DNA from: Trichosphaerium sp. ATCC 40318
Taxonomy: Eukaryota > Protista > Tubulinea
Assembly: GCA_038496445.1 (NCBI GenBank)
Contig: JALMLS010000303.1
Location: forward strand, 1-64,000
Length of the DNA stretch: 64,000 bases
Direction of reading: 5' to 3'
Below the pieces are notes generated by a model. The model saw only the letters and a list, made by a program, of their open reading frames with translations, was not told the origin of the DNA and did not search any database. A program made the position numbers and the translations under genes. The number at the start of each line of letters is the position of its first letter. The first letter of the stretch is position 1. Below, in pieces: positions 14,101 to 27,900 of this stretch.

Positions 14101-14494
14101 CAGAAGACAAACTTGAATACCACGTTAGGTGAGCCTTTTTTTCAATAAAGAAAAGCTGTTGTTTAACTTTTTTTACCAATCAACAGGCAAACTGGTTACG
14201 GGATTTGGCATGGTGCTGGTACATGTACGACTAAACATCAATATGTATCTATTCCTGATAATAAAATATAGGTAAAATGGGTGAAGCTGATGATGCTGTG
14301 GTGGATTCAAAACTCAGAGTCAAGGTAATGTTTTAGTTTGTTGATTACTTTTCTCATTGTTTTGTAAGCACGTATCTGGTTTACGTGTTATGGATGCATC
14401 GTGTATGCCTTATATTACAAGTGGTAATACACAAGTACCTTCTTACTTGATAGGATCACGTGGTGCAGATTTATTACTTGAAGATTATAAGTAA
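11110..14494 (+). CDS. GMC oxidoreductase (choline dehydrogenase-like); multi-exon
   Basis: YDFIVVGAGAGG FAD motif, LLIEAG, RGKSTGGSTAVN, KEIILS-AGAIGSPQILMHSGIG, WHGAGTC, LRVMDASCMP..TSGNT. Confidence 0.92.
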
Positions 14495-14799
14495 AAAACA
14501 GAGCTTAGTTAATGTAGCTTGAATACAAATGAAAAAAAGAACCAATAATCCTTTTGTTTGTGTATACCATTCGACCACTACCTTCCAATGAGTTTATAGA
14601 GGTGTCATGTTGTAGTTGACACGTACAATTTGTGTCTGCGTGGTGAGAAAAAGTGCTACTAATCTATCGAATTTGTTAGAGACAAAAATTGGCGGAGCTG
14701 AGTGAAGAGCTTGCATTCAGCTCATCCAGATTTTGGAACTGACGATATCCGAATTTGTCACACTGACGATGATGTACGATGTCTGTTATTGCACCATTT

Positions 14800-14890
14800 A
14801 ATTGTTGAATAAATAACAGATAAAGGCATTGACAGGTATATGAAATCACTTATACATGTGATAGAAAGCATTACACGCCATCAAAGTGTT
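14800..14890 (+). pseudogene. Highly decayed VHT-type LRR fragment
   Basis: ataacagataaaggcattgacaggt resembles the ITDKGI/KALxG coding repeats of the LRR family. Confidence 0.35.
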
Positions 14891-15190
14891 TAGTTATAAA
14901 CACATGAGAATAAATAACATTGAACAATTTTTTTTTTGGGAGCCATCCAAATATTTTTATTTTATTTTAATACGTTTTACTGACCCAAAAAACGTGACTC
15001 CGGTCAGTATCACACGTACCATATACATATACGTGTGAATAAAAAAATTACCAAGAAAAAAACCTCAACCAACCAAGATTCCAACCCAAAAGGAAGGGAG
15101 TACAAGGCATGGAAGATGAAAGTTCTTTTTTGATATTTTTTTTTTGTTTGTTTTTTTTTTTCAAAATTTTGAAGAAGAGACGATTGGAAT

Positions 15191-18100
15191 CTAATCAGAT
15201 TTTGTCTCAGTCTCCTTCTTGGCTTCAGTGTTCTCTTCTACCTTTTCAATATCAACTTTTTCTGCTTTTACTTCTGGTGCAGGATCAGCTTTTTCTGCTT
15301 TTGCTTCTGGAGCAATAGAAGCACCAGCATTTGCAGATTTAAGTGCGATTTCCATCAATCTATTGATACGAGGAATCATAGGTCTGGAGTCATCCAATAG
15401 ACCAGCTTGCACGAGAGCATTATCCATAACCTATAACACAATGAGTACTTTAAGGAGACAAAAGAGAATCAAAGACGAAAGATGGAAAATAGAAGAAGAA
15501 AAGCCAAAACGATCAAAACTATTTTTTTGTTTTGTTTTGACTTTCTTCTTGTCCTCGTTTTGTTTTGAGGCTATTATGTTATTTGTTTGTTATATCCTTG
15601 CTACGTACTTGGTGGGCAACTTCTGATGCGAGATCAGCGTCTGACTTTCTGAGGCTGTTGAGGTTGGTGATGATAGGGTGACGTGGGTTAATTTGAAGTT
15701 GTTGTTTTGGTAGTTTTGGGATTCTTTGTTGATCTACCATACGCATCATACGTCTGAAAGAAGCAGATTCGTGATCAATAACAATAGCTGGTGTAGAGCT
15801 CAATCTGAATGTTTTCTAAACGAAAAAATAAGACACAAATAAAGAACAACAAAGAGACGAAGAGTCCAGGAAGCAAAAAAAAAAACAAAAAAAAACGAGT
15901 CTCCGATGAAGAAACTTGCGCTTTTTTCGTTGAGTGGGTTGACGACGGTTTAAGAGACGTACTGTTACTGTGGTGATTCTCTCATCAAGAGTATCCTTCA
16001 TCCATCTTGACAAACTCTTGAATTCTTCATCATCAAGTTCAAGGGTAGCATCTACGGTATCTTCTTTACCCTAAATCGAAAAAAACGTGTCAGCACTCAA
16101 GTTTCAATCTTGGACGAATTTCTCAACAAGATAGAGACGTACAGCTGCTTCAGCGGCTTCCTTTCCTTTAGCGCCAACATTTTGTGCAGTTTCGGCAGCA
16201 GAACCAGATTCAATAGTACTAAAGAAAACAAATCAATAAAAAATGAAAAAAAAATAAAACACGTGAAAAAAAATTAAAGAACTGTACAAACTTTTTGAGT
16301 GAGTCAGTCACTTACGCTGGTTTCATGCCCTTGTATTCGGTCAAGTTGTTCATGACAAAGTCATCCATACCAGTGTATAAGAACAATACCTATAAAACAC
16401 TATATAAGCAAACAATAGAGGTAAAAACGAACAACAAACAACAAACCAAAAAACAAAAAAAACAAAAAAAAAAATTGTCTTGTAGCTCTTACCTCAACAC
16501 CATATTCTTTAAATGTCTCAAAGTATGGTGATGACTCAGCATCAGAACGGTTAGGTACAACCAAGAAGAAGATATCTTTTTGGTCCTTCTTCATTCTGCT
16601 GACGTAAGCGTCAAGTGATGTCAATGTACCAGCAGGTTCAGCTGAACTCTCCATACGCAACAAAGCAGCCAATTCTTCCTTCCATTTAAAGTCGGTACAG
16701 ATACCTTCACGCAAGAAGTTTCCGAACTCTCCGAACCATTTAAGGTATCTCTCTTCGTTCTTCTTAGCTTCATCACCAAGGAACTTAAGAATACGTCTTG
16801 TCAATACAGAAGCAAGACGTTTAATGACAGCTGACTCTTGAATAAATTCACGAGACAAATTCAAGTCAATATCTTCGGAATCAACAACACCTTTAAAAAA
16901 CAACATTAGAATACGAATGAAACCCATTGTTGCCCATAATAATAAGAAATCATACGGACTACAAAAAACTTCGCCCAAAAGAAGAGAAAGAAGAAAAAAA
17001 AACAGCGCAAAAAACAAAGTCATAAAAAAGTCTCCGATAGTCTTGACTAACGTTCGTTTTTCGTTTGTCGTTTTGTTGACGGATTTCTTCATTAGATTAT
17101 AATGTTATGCTATGACGTACCCTTTACGAAACGTAGCCAGTCAGGCAATAGTCCCTTACACTTTTGTTGAATAAGAACCTTTCTTGAGTATAGAGATACA
17201 CCAGTCTCCATCTTACCCATACCGTATTTCTCCATATGTTGTTCTGGGAAATAAAACAATGAACGGATTTGAAGAGGTGAATCAATTTCAAAGTGGAAGT
17301 AGAATGCAGGTGTGTCGTAAGCCTATACAGACATACTTTAGTAAGAGAGAACACAATGAGATAGTTGTTTAAGCGAAAATCGTAAAAGTTTGTGAAAGGT
17401 TGAACACGTACATGAGCGATAAACTTGTAAAAGTCTTTGTGTTGCTCTTCTGTTACTTGTTTTGGGTTCATTAACCATAGAGCTTGTACAGTGTTTACTG
17501 TTTGTCCGTTTACGGTGATAGGGAATCCAACAAAGTTAGAGTACTTTTTGATAACCTCTAAAGAAAGAAAACAAAGGTAAGAACCAAGGAAGGAGAGCAA
17601 GACTGACTGAAAAAAAAAAAAGAGAAAATTCTCTTTTCTCGTTCTCTTTTGCTTTTCTTTTTTCTATCTTCTCCTTGTTGTTATTGTACTCAGTCAGTAA
17701 CGTAGATATCGACACGGCATCAATTCCGTCCGCCCGTTCGCAATGCATCATAGTACGCAGACAACAAGGAGAAGAAAGCAAAAAAAATACAAAGAAGAAG
17801 AAAAAGAGGTCATCCAAAATAACCGTATTTTTTCAAAGCCTAAAAACCATTTCGTACCTTCGACAGATTGCTTCTTTGAGAATTCAGCACAGTTTGGTCG
17901 TAGTTTTACAATAATCTTGGTACCACGTGTGACACCATCAGCTTCAGCAATTGTGTATTCTCCAGAACTAAAAAGGAACAAAGATAAGCACTCACATTAC
18001 ATTTAAACCAAAATAGGCGCGAATAAAGTTAAAAGGCAACTCATAGAAAACCGGAAGAAAATTGCAAAAAAAAAAGTTTCGGTTTGTTTTTGGAAAGAGC

Positions 18101-19312
18101 TTTGGGTATTGAGCGTTGCTTTCGCTATTGCTGCGTTTATACGTACCCATCTGATCTCCAGAAGTATCCTTTAGAGCCAGGGTCTGCGCTCTTTGTGTAT
18201 ACACGTACTTCTTCACCAGCCATAAAAGCTGAGTAGAAACCGACACCGAATTGACCAATGAGGTTAGATGTTTCGTTTGATTCAACGGCTTTTAGGAACT
18301 CTGCGGTACCAGAGTGTCCAATTTTACCAAGATTTTCAACCAACTCATCGTGAGTCATACCAACACCGGTATCCTAGTAGTAGCGTTAACAAAAGCCTAA
18401 AATTTACGCTCTAAGAAAAGGAAGAAATAAAACCGTTGGTGGCGATTTTATAAACGCTTTTTAGTCTTAAAGAATGCGCTTGGTTGTACATACTTGGATG
18501 GTGAAGGTTGTGGTTGTTGGATCGACGGAGATGGCGACTTTGAGTTCAACATCTGGGTCACTGATTTCTTGGCCGATTAATTGTCTTTGACGGACTTTTT
18601 CGAGGGCATCAGAACCGTTTGAGGTCAATTCACGAATGAAAATCTAAAAAACATGTGTTAGCGTGTACAAGAGTTTGTTGTATGCATAGGCTCGCATGAA
18701 AATTGCTACAAGCGCAAAACGATGTTTTTAAAAAACTTTTGGCGCAAAAAACATTTAAGTAGGTGCTATAGGCGTACCTCACGCTCAGAGTATAGAGAAC
18801 GGGCTACAATATCCAAAATTTTACGGGTCTCAGCTTTGAATTCAGACTTCTTGGCTTCGCCTGTGACTGTTTCTGTCTCTTCAATGAGTACATCAGCAGG
18901 TTTGTCTTCAGTAGCGGCGCTGCCTTCAGCTGCTGGTACTTCTGGTTGAGCATCAGTTCCAGTAGGAGACGGAATATCAGTTTCAGGGGTCTCTGGGGTT
19001 TCTGGGGTCTCTTTAACTTCTTTAAAGTCGGAATAATGCTAAAACTCATTAAGAAAGAGTTGAGAACATGCAACTATGCGTAATACGCGGTGTAAACAGA
19101 AAGGTTTCACTTACCCTGTAAAGTGAAGGTTTTTGCCAAGCGAATACTGGAGCTGTAATGTTATTTACACGAGTAGCTGTAAACGATGGTGCGTTTGTTA
19201 ATACAGAAACATCGCGTTCTTGTGCGCGAATGGTGCGAGCCTTTCTTGTGTTAACTTGGGTTGTATTACGGACTGAAGCCGCGCGTAGAGAACAACGAAC
19301 ACGAGAGAGCAT
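15191..19312 (-). CDS. TRAP1: Mitochondrial Hsp90 (TRAP1/HSP75); multi-exon
   Basis: Arg/Ser-rich presequence [15 protein letters not shown]; [20 protein letters not shown]; [13 protein letters not shown]; [11 protein letters not shown]; [15 protein letters not shown]; [10 protein letters not shown]. Confidence 0.93.
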
Positions 19313-19544
19313 TGTGAGTTCAGAGTGACAGAAGCAAAAGGTTCGGGTCAAAAGGTTTCAAAAAAAATTTGTGTGCGATTTCCTCACAGTACTGTCGTAA
19401 GCATATTTAGCGGCTGCCTTGGTGTTTTCTAACGCTAAGATACCAAACACAGCAGTATAGAGTTGCATTTGTTTTTTAAACTTGACTTTTGGCGATTTTT
19501 AGCATTCAGAACCAACGCTATTTTCGAACACCACAATACCTCAC

Positions 19545-22500
19545 ATGGCAGACGGTGACTTCTCTGTACGATTACGTTTAACTAGTAGGTAATCATTGTC
19601 TGTTATAGTTAATGCCCGCGTGGATGCGCAAACAGAGTGCTTCTACGCCAAAGCCGCCACCTGCAGTTGCTACCAAGACTCCGCAACGTGTTTCTGTACG
19701 ATTTTAATTTAGCTTCAACAACCGTTCTCTGTACTGTTATAGCAGGCTTTATAGAGTTTTTGACGTTTTAGTCACTAATAAACCCAAGCGCCGTCAATAT
19801 AACGGACCCTACACAAACAATTATGGCTCTCGAGGATCTCGCGGTAATCAACAAGGCGAACATAACCGGCAAGCTAGAATTTTATAAAAAGCTTATTTTC
19901 GAGCGTATAAATTGCAAAAACGAGCATACGAGTCCTATTTAACGATTTTAAACGAAAAACCTATTTTTTTAACCATGACAAATAAAAACTAACAAAAAAG
20001 CAGTCACGATCGCTTCGCTTCTGATACTGTTGCTCCTCTAAAAGAAATTCCGACTGATATAAGCCAAAAAGTCTATACAAAAGAATTTATGCTATCAATA
20101 GTTCAAGTGCGTCAAAATAAAATGCAAAGAAGCATCTTTTCACGTCAAAAGAATAAAATTTTATAATTCCTCAACCGAAAAAGCGTCATTTTACTTTTCG
20201 CAAAAAATTCTTATTTAAAATATCGCTTCAAGACGCTTTTACTGTCTTGATATTCCTTTCAAGACTCTTCCAATATCTTTACTATTCTTACGCGTTATGC
20301 AGACAACGGCAGATTCCACTATAGATGGTAAATTAAATGATTTAAAGTCTTACGGTTTGTGGACTGATGGAGGCGTCTCTACAACTCAAAAGACCTTTGA
20401 AAGACCAAATAAAGCGCGAAATACTGGAAGACGAAAAGTACGCTGGAAACCAGAACCATTAAAGCTAACTCAGTGCATTTTATTTTAATTACTGTTCTTC
20501 TCAAACTATTTTTTTTGTTGATTGATCCTAACTTTGTGCGTGTAGCACACTGAAGATACAAAACATAGAAACTCGTTGTTACCAAAGAAAAAAGAACCTA
20601 TTGATATATTTGTATCACAGATACAATTGCACGTGCAAATTTTTCTTGGCTTGATATTAGTGAAATTCTTACTTTTTGTTTTTTTTTGTAGGTTGTTAAA
20701 TAAGCTAACTGTACAAAAATTTGATTCAATCTGCAATAAGCTCTCTACACAGTTTAAAAAAATAGATTCACCAGAGTTAATGGGTGCTTCTATAGACGTT
20801 TTATGCAAAAAAGCACGTTGGGAACCACAATACAGTGTAAGAAGTGAAGTTTTTTTTCTTGGCTTAATTTTGAAAACAAGCTTAACGTTTTATGTAGGCA
20901 TTGTACTCCCGTTTGTGTTCTATGCTTAATGATATATGCCCTTCATTTAAAGATGAGAAGACTAATAAACCTATCACTTGCAGACGAGTTCTATTAAATA
21001 GGTGCCAAGAAGTCTTTGAAACAACGTGCGTTTGATTACTGTTTGTACTTGTTTTTTTCTTACACCTGAATTGCAGATATCCTAAAGATCTTCATCCTGA
21101 CTCAGAAGAGTTTTCTAAAGCCCGACAGTACGCTTTGGGTAATATTGTATTTATAGCCGAACTATACAAGTCAACACTTATCCCATATCGAATTGTGGCA
21201 CATTGTATAAGTTTCTTGATAACTAGTGTGGAGAATTCAGTGTAAGTAGTTTTATTCTTTTTCTTTACACTTCAGTGTCATTTGAAGTTCACGTTACTGT
21301 TGGGTAATATGTATTTCTAAGCACGTATTTAAACGATTTTTCGCAAGATACGCTCAAGTGACATTGCGGCAACTTGCATTTGAAACTTCGTTTTTTAACT
21401 CTTTTGTGGTTTAGAGCGAGCAAAGAAAAGTCACTTGCTGAAGAATACACTGAAAAGTTATGTAAGTTTCTTACAGTTGCAGGAGAGGCATTAGATAAAG
21501 CAAAATCGACAGCTGTTGATGTGTATATTGAGAAAATGACAGAGTTCGAAAAATCGAGTGTACTTGGTTCTCGTATTAAATTTATGATTGCTGTACGTAT
21601 ACTTTTACACTGTAAAACGGTGTATCAGATTCTTTTTAATGCATACAGAGTATTTCGGTGATTATTGGCTAATTGTGCGTTTAGGATTTGAAAGATTTGC
21701 GAACAAGTAGCTGGAAGCCACGAATGGCTAGTGCAAAGGCTAAGCCGAGGCTTAACACAACAGATCAGGCATTGCGTGATCAAGCAGAGCAAGGTATGTT
21801 TTTAAACAATCTAATTGCTTCTATCAGCTGTAGTGTGGTTCGTTCAACGGCGAGAAGTACTAATGTAGTGTCTAGCAAGGATGAAAAAACAAGCATCAGA
21901 TGTTGTTGTAGATAATCAAACTGCTGAAAGACAAGTTGAAGATGCTTTGGAATTGATATTTCGTACGGGTTATTTTATGCGCTTTGAGTTGAAACAGCTT
22001 TGAATGAATGGGAATGTTTATTGTTTTTGTAGAGGAGTACTTTACTAGCCAAGATACAGATGAGTTGTGGTCTGCCATACAGGCACGTAAATACACGCTT
22101 AGCGTGACTTTTTTGCTTTGAAAGTTTGTTTTTTTTTGTCTGTCTTCGTGGTGTTTGAATTGATTGTTTAACTTTGTTTTATAGAGCTTGAATCCAAAAC
22201 CATTCACTATTGTCTATGCAGGCATCAACTACGCGTTAGATAAAAGTAGAATACCATTGACTAAGATGAACCATATATTTTTATTTCTCCGACAAAAAAA
22301 TTTCTTGGCTGTTGAAGACTTTCAAAAAGGGTAAACTTACTACGCGCTCATATTCTTTACTCTATTCTCCTTGTTGACTCTATAGATTACTTATATTTGA
22401 TTAGGTTTACGCATATCTTGAGCTTTACGGAAGATTACGTTGTTGACTTTGGTCAACGCTTTGATCGTGTTGTAGCTACTTTTATTGGCTATGCTATACA

Positions 22501-22621
22501 AAGTAATTGTTTACCACAGTCTATGCTTGAATCTACATTACTCTCTTGTAAAGGTGATACGCCTAGGAATTCTATTAGGGAATATGCTTTCATGGTTGTT
22601 CAAGGTCATGAAATTATGTAA
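19545..22621 (+). CDS. eIF4G-like translation initiation factor (MIF4G + MA3-like); multi-exon
   Basis: YTKEFML eIF4E-binding-like motif (~20074); LLNKLTVQKFD; RRVLLNRCQEVFE; LGNIVFIAELYK; SRIKFMI; EEYFTSQDTDE. Confidence 0.85.
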
Positions 22622-22876
22622 TAAAAACTTTAAAAAAACCCGAAAATAGGATTGTAGGTTGAAATGAGGTTAACAGTCTATGTGAGTGTTGCGAAAAGCT
22701 GTATGAGGTTTGTTTTGCATACAACGAAATTAGGATTGCAAATCAATCGACAATGATGTTAAAGACTACCAGAAACTATGATTTAGTGGCTCAGCTCGCC
22801 TTGCCTTTTTAAGCCAAGACAGCTCGACTTTTCAGCTTGGCCAAGGCAACAAAAATGCGCTGCGTGTACGTGTTAA

Positions 22877-22940
22877 TAGAGGTGGCAAATACCGGTCCGG
22901 TTTCAATATATCGGTTTTCGGTCAGTAACCCGTCCGCGAT
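22877..22940 (+). mobile_element. Orphan hAT-like terminus
   Basis: TAGAGGTGGCAAA followed by clustered ACCGG/CGGTT subterminal-like motifs; no partner end found. Confidence 0.35.
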
Positions 22941-23390
22941 TTAGAACAGGACCAGTATTCATTCAGTGACTAACAATGTAAGTGGCTTTTTTTTTGAACC
23001 ACCAGCCACTTTATTTTGAATAAAAGTAGCCTGAAACTCCTTTTTATTACTTTGTGTGCGTAGAGAAACATATCAAGTGCATTACTTACGCGAAATAATA
23101 GTATCACGTGGGCACAATTTTTTTTCCCAGTGTGAGATACAAAGCATACATCTGCGACAAAAGCGCACTTCATAGACCCCGTATCACCAGCGCCCACAAA
23201 ATTATGAAGGCTCGGTGTTGCTAGTGGGTAGTCAAAGGGCGTAATCTGCAAAATTCCGCATGCGGAGATATAATATAACCTCACCCCTAACTGTGATTAA
23301 GTGTTATTATCACCCAGCTAAACGCTTTTAATCCCCTCAAGTTCTCCTTTTTGCAACATTTGCTCAACAAAAACTAACGGTGATCATACA

Positions 23391-24089
23391 ATGGAAAAGG
23401 AGAAACAACAAACACAGTTCAACCAAGTATTCGACCTTGTTGCGCTACCAATTGAGTTAATAGTCCATATTCTCAAACAAGGGACGTATACACTTCGTAC
23501 AGCCCAAACGTGCCATCTTTTACGAGATATTGTTCACAACCATGTTGGGTATGGTCACATCAGTATTAAAAACACAAATGAAGTTCAAATGCTTTCTGGT
23601 AGTCCATTACTCCAGAATACGACTATTGATCTCATCCGGTGTAGCACTATAACAGATGAGTGTATGAAGGTGTTGGCAGGTGTACATAAGATTGATTTAT
23701 CAAATGCAAATGTAACAGATGAGGGTTTGAAGGTATTGGCAGGTGTGCACACTATCAACCTATGTCATTGTGAGTCAATAACAGACAATGGCATTGTGGC
23801 ATTGGCAGGTGTACATGATATTAATTTATCATTTACAAATGTAACAGATGAAGGTTTGAAGGTATTGGCAGGTGTACACACTATCAACTTGTATGCTTGT
23901 AAATCAATAACAGACAATGGCATTGCGGCATTGGCAGGTGTACATGATATTAATTTATCATATACAAATGTAACAGATGACGGTTTAAGGGTGCTAGCAG
24001 GTGTACATACCATCAGCTTGGATTACAACAGAATAGAGCTACCAGTAATTAAAATGTTGACAGGTGCATATAAAATACGGTTAGTCTAA
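23391..24089 (+). CDS. Intronless F-box-like + LRR (VHT-type) protein
   Basis: N-terminal LVALPIELIVHIL...TCHLLR; alternating 22/21-aa LAGVH repeats with a 129-bp period. Confidence 0.85.
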   Translation: MEKEKQQTQFNQVFDLVALPIELIVHILKQGTYTLRTAQTCHLLRDIVHNHVGYGHISIKNTNEVQMLSGSPLLQNTTIDLIRCSTITDECMKVLAGVHKIDLSNANVTDEGLKVLAGVHTINLCHCESITDNGIVALAGVHDINLSFTNVTDEGLKVLAGVHTINLYACKSITDNGIAALAGVHDINLSYTNVTDDGLRVLAGVHTISLDYNRIELPVIKMLTGAYKIRLV

Positions 24090-24923
24090 TAAACTGTACA
24101 TTTATCGCTTTTATCGAAAATCCATATTCGACTCTAGCATGAACATGTACAACTGTTACCTTACCAGAGGTTGCTGAAATGGGACCGGGATTGTATGTTA
24201 TATATGTCAACACTGAAGAGAACAAAACTAGTTAGGTGTCTTTCCACGGATACAAAAAATAAAATGACTTCCAAATTTCTCAATTCTCAAACAACATTGT
24301 AATACACTGCATTTTTTATTTACTAACTAGCTACTGGATTTTTATCTATTGTAGTCACGTGTTTATTATTACGAAATTACATGTAATTTCTCCAGTTGCG
24401 TCTTCTCAAACACATGCGCAGGTGAGTATTATATGAGTGCCGAATACGGGACTGTTGGACACTTGAAGCCTGGGTAATGTACCTCTGTCACCAACTAATT
24501 GGTGCGCTCGCACGCGATTTATTCAAAAAATTGTGTGCCACACGTGACTATTATCAAACCTCACAACACAGAATTTTCAAGTCCTATCTTAGGTTTGTTT
24601 ATAGCAACTTCTCCGCCATTTCTTCCCATGTGAACGTGCGACAGAGAAAGATCAACTTTAGTCTTTTTAAGCTACGCAAGCCACATGCATATATGATATA
24701 AGTGCGTAGTAGTGCACTATGCTTTCCCGTGCGATGAAGTAGTTGAGGGCAATAGACATTTATTCTGACCTCTGGGTTATTCTTTCTGCAGGTGCAATGT
24801 ATTGAAAGCGTGCAAAAACTGCTATTCAACCAAGAATCACGTGATGGAATATTGTTTGACATTACCTGAAAGCCTGGATTTTGGCACGAAATTGCTGTTC
24901 ATATTTTTAATACCAATAAAACC

Positions 24924-27900
24924 ATGGCCGAAGCACCTGGCAGAATCACTGTTGTTCCAATCGACATACCCAGTGCATGGTTTGCGAGTCGAGGCTTAAA
25001 ACCTGTTCCAAAACTATCTGTAGAGGCTAAAGTTGGTGAAGGAACACCACTATCAACAACGTATGCGCAGCAATCGGTGTCAGTTGCCAAATATTCAAAT
25101 TTTGTTGTTCGCCGACACGGGGACAAAGGTGAGGGTGAAATGTTTATCAGAGTGTCATTGACGCTTTGGCATAGTTCTTATTACAAACGGTAACGAAGCT
25201 CACAATTATGAGTTTAAACCATTCAACGACGGGCCATTTAGCGTACATATATCTCCAACACACGTGGCAGTTGCGTTAGTGCATTATGAAGTTGTCTCTA
25301 TATATGACCTGAAAAACATCAAAGCAGTTGTACGTGAGCACTATACATGCTTATTAACCTCACTTTTTTTTTTTCAGCAAACTCCTTTCTACGAAGCAGC
25401 GTTTCCAAAGCAACAGATCAAACACTTTGAGTGGGATAACAAATCTAAAATGAGGTTTGCTGTGCTTACAAATAAAGGTACAATATTTCAGTTGTATACG
25501 ATTTTGTGACACGTGGATTAGGAAACTTAACTAGCCATGAACCTTTACGAGATGATGATGGAAAACTTATCCTCTCTAATGTGTCAGCATGCACGTGAAT
25601 CACTTCTCTTAATTAAGTCTCATATATCAATAGTTACTTGGCATCATAGTATTGATACTATCGCTGTTGCACGCGAAGGTATACAAAGCACAAATTTGTA
25701 CTTTTTTACTTTCCAAATCTACCGTTTTTATAGAACCCAATTAGTCCTAACACAATCGATAGATTCTGCTGTAGAAGTGTACGCTATTTTTGATGATGGC
25801 AGCTCAAAATTGCGCACTACACACAAACCTGTAGCAGTAACGGAAAAGCCAAAATGGATTTGTTTTCCTTGTCCTACAAAATACTTTCTTGGATATCCAA
25901 GTAGTGATAACGTCAACCAAATAACCGTAGTTATGGTATATGTTATTACCAAAGTAGCATCGTCATTCTTAATTAATTCAGACCTACCGAAACCTGAATG
26001 CCTGTTCACATACATCCCAGAAAAGTAAGCTACAAAAAACCACGTGTGGTTTTTCTTTTTTTTTTCCTTTTAATGTTCAAACGTCTTATTGCTATTTAGT
26101 AAGCACTTACTTATTTATTCTTCTGCTACAAAATCGGATATGGTTCTGCATTTAATAACAGAAGTAAACCCACGATGTGTTTGGAAAATGCAGCCTGGGA
26201 TCCATGGTGTCTTCTATTTACCACAAGGAGGTTTGATTAATATCCTCTCTGGTGTTGGGAAGAAGTGTAGAGTTCGTAGAATAGAGAGTAGTTCAACTAA
26301 AAATAAGTCTGTATTTGCATGGATGGTGGAAGGCTTGACTTCAACAACAAACATTTCCACATACCATCCACTACCACAATACAGTGGTGACGGAGGTTAC
26401 GTAAGTGTTGATAGCAGAAAATTGTTTGAGGATACTTCGCAAGGATCAAGCAAAGGCTTTCAAGGTAATTCAATCAGTACCCTTACTTCCAACCGCGGGG
26501 AGATGCCTATTGAACATTTGGTTGATGTGGTTCTGGTCAACGCAAAAAAAGTATTTGAAGATAGAACGAGTCAAATCAAAGATGAGTTTATAGCTATCGC
26601 CAGGGACATCAGGTACGCCACAACATGGTTTTATTATCATAAATACATCCCCGCAGATATCTTATACTTGTTTACAGGAAAAATACTGAGCTTGAGTACA
26701 AACAAAAACATGACAAAATCATACAAGAGTTTGGAAAAAAAAACGACAGATTACAGAAAGGTGTACTGAAAGTATTTGTTTATTAACTCTTTTTAACGAT
26801 CGTTCTTTAGCCGAGGCACAGCTTGAACATCAGAAAGAATTGTTAAAAATGGAGAAACAAAAGATGGCTGTTTATAAACAACATTCTAAGGGAGGTCGGG
26901 TTGTTCTTAACGTTGGTGGCAGAAGGTGTTACTAAAAGTTGCAAATACTATCATGATTTATTGAACTAGGTTCGAGACGACAAAGTCAACACTCACTAGA
27001 TACCCGCACTCCATGCTTGGTGCTATGTTTTCTGGAAGACACGAAATTATAGATGATGGCAATGGTGTGTTTATTGATAGATCTCCAGAGCGATTTGGTA
27101 TGGTCTCCTGCTATTCCATCTTTTTTCTTACTTTGTCACATGTAGAGTTCATATTGAATTACCTCCGAGATGGTATATTGGATGTGCCTAGTACAATACG
27201 CATATCCTCTATGATACAAGAGGCTTATTACTTTGGATTAGATGACCTAGCTGAGTATTTGAGAGGAGCTAAAGGTACCTGTTTATTCACTTAAGAATGC
27301 CACATTTAAACAGTTACCTAAAAACAACAATGTCATAAAAGTGTTTTTTATTGAGTATTTGACCTCTTTGAGTAATTTGCTGCACACTTAGGCAATAACA
27401 TGGCCGGTACCAATAACAGTAACATTGATTTTGGCGGTAACAGCTCAGGTGGCTTTAATAACTCAGGAGGTAGTTTTGGCTACTTCAACAACTATAACAG
27501 TGGATGGGAAGGCAACGATAATGATGGACAAAGAGGCACAAGGGGAGCCAATTTATTAGGTGCGTAAACAAACCAACTGATTGTTAGTGATGCTCATTCG
27601 TACTTAAGTAGTGCTAAAATTTTGTCTGAAGTCATTTTTCCTTTTTTTTTTTTTCGCTGTTATTGCTTTGGTTTTCTTGTAATTTTTTATTTCAAAAAGG
27701 CACTAAATGGACAGACGGTAATCAAAAAGTAATCATGCAATCCATCTCTTTCTCACCACAATTCAATACAAAGTCTCATGAAGAACTGCGATGGCAAGAC
27801 TACCAATTACAGAAAAATGGAGGCGGTATGGGCTCTACGAGCTCTGTAGTTGGTTATACAAGCGGCTTTGGCAATACCAGTGGTTTTGGAAACTCATCAA

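Noticed and set aside
22970-23284. 104-aa minus ORF, possible transposase relic
   Set aside because: Only vague motif resemblance; not supportable.
23700-24010. Regularly spaced DNA repeats resembling a CRISPR array
   Set aside because: They are in-frame 63/66-bp LRR coding units without unique spacers or cas genes, in a eukaryotic context.
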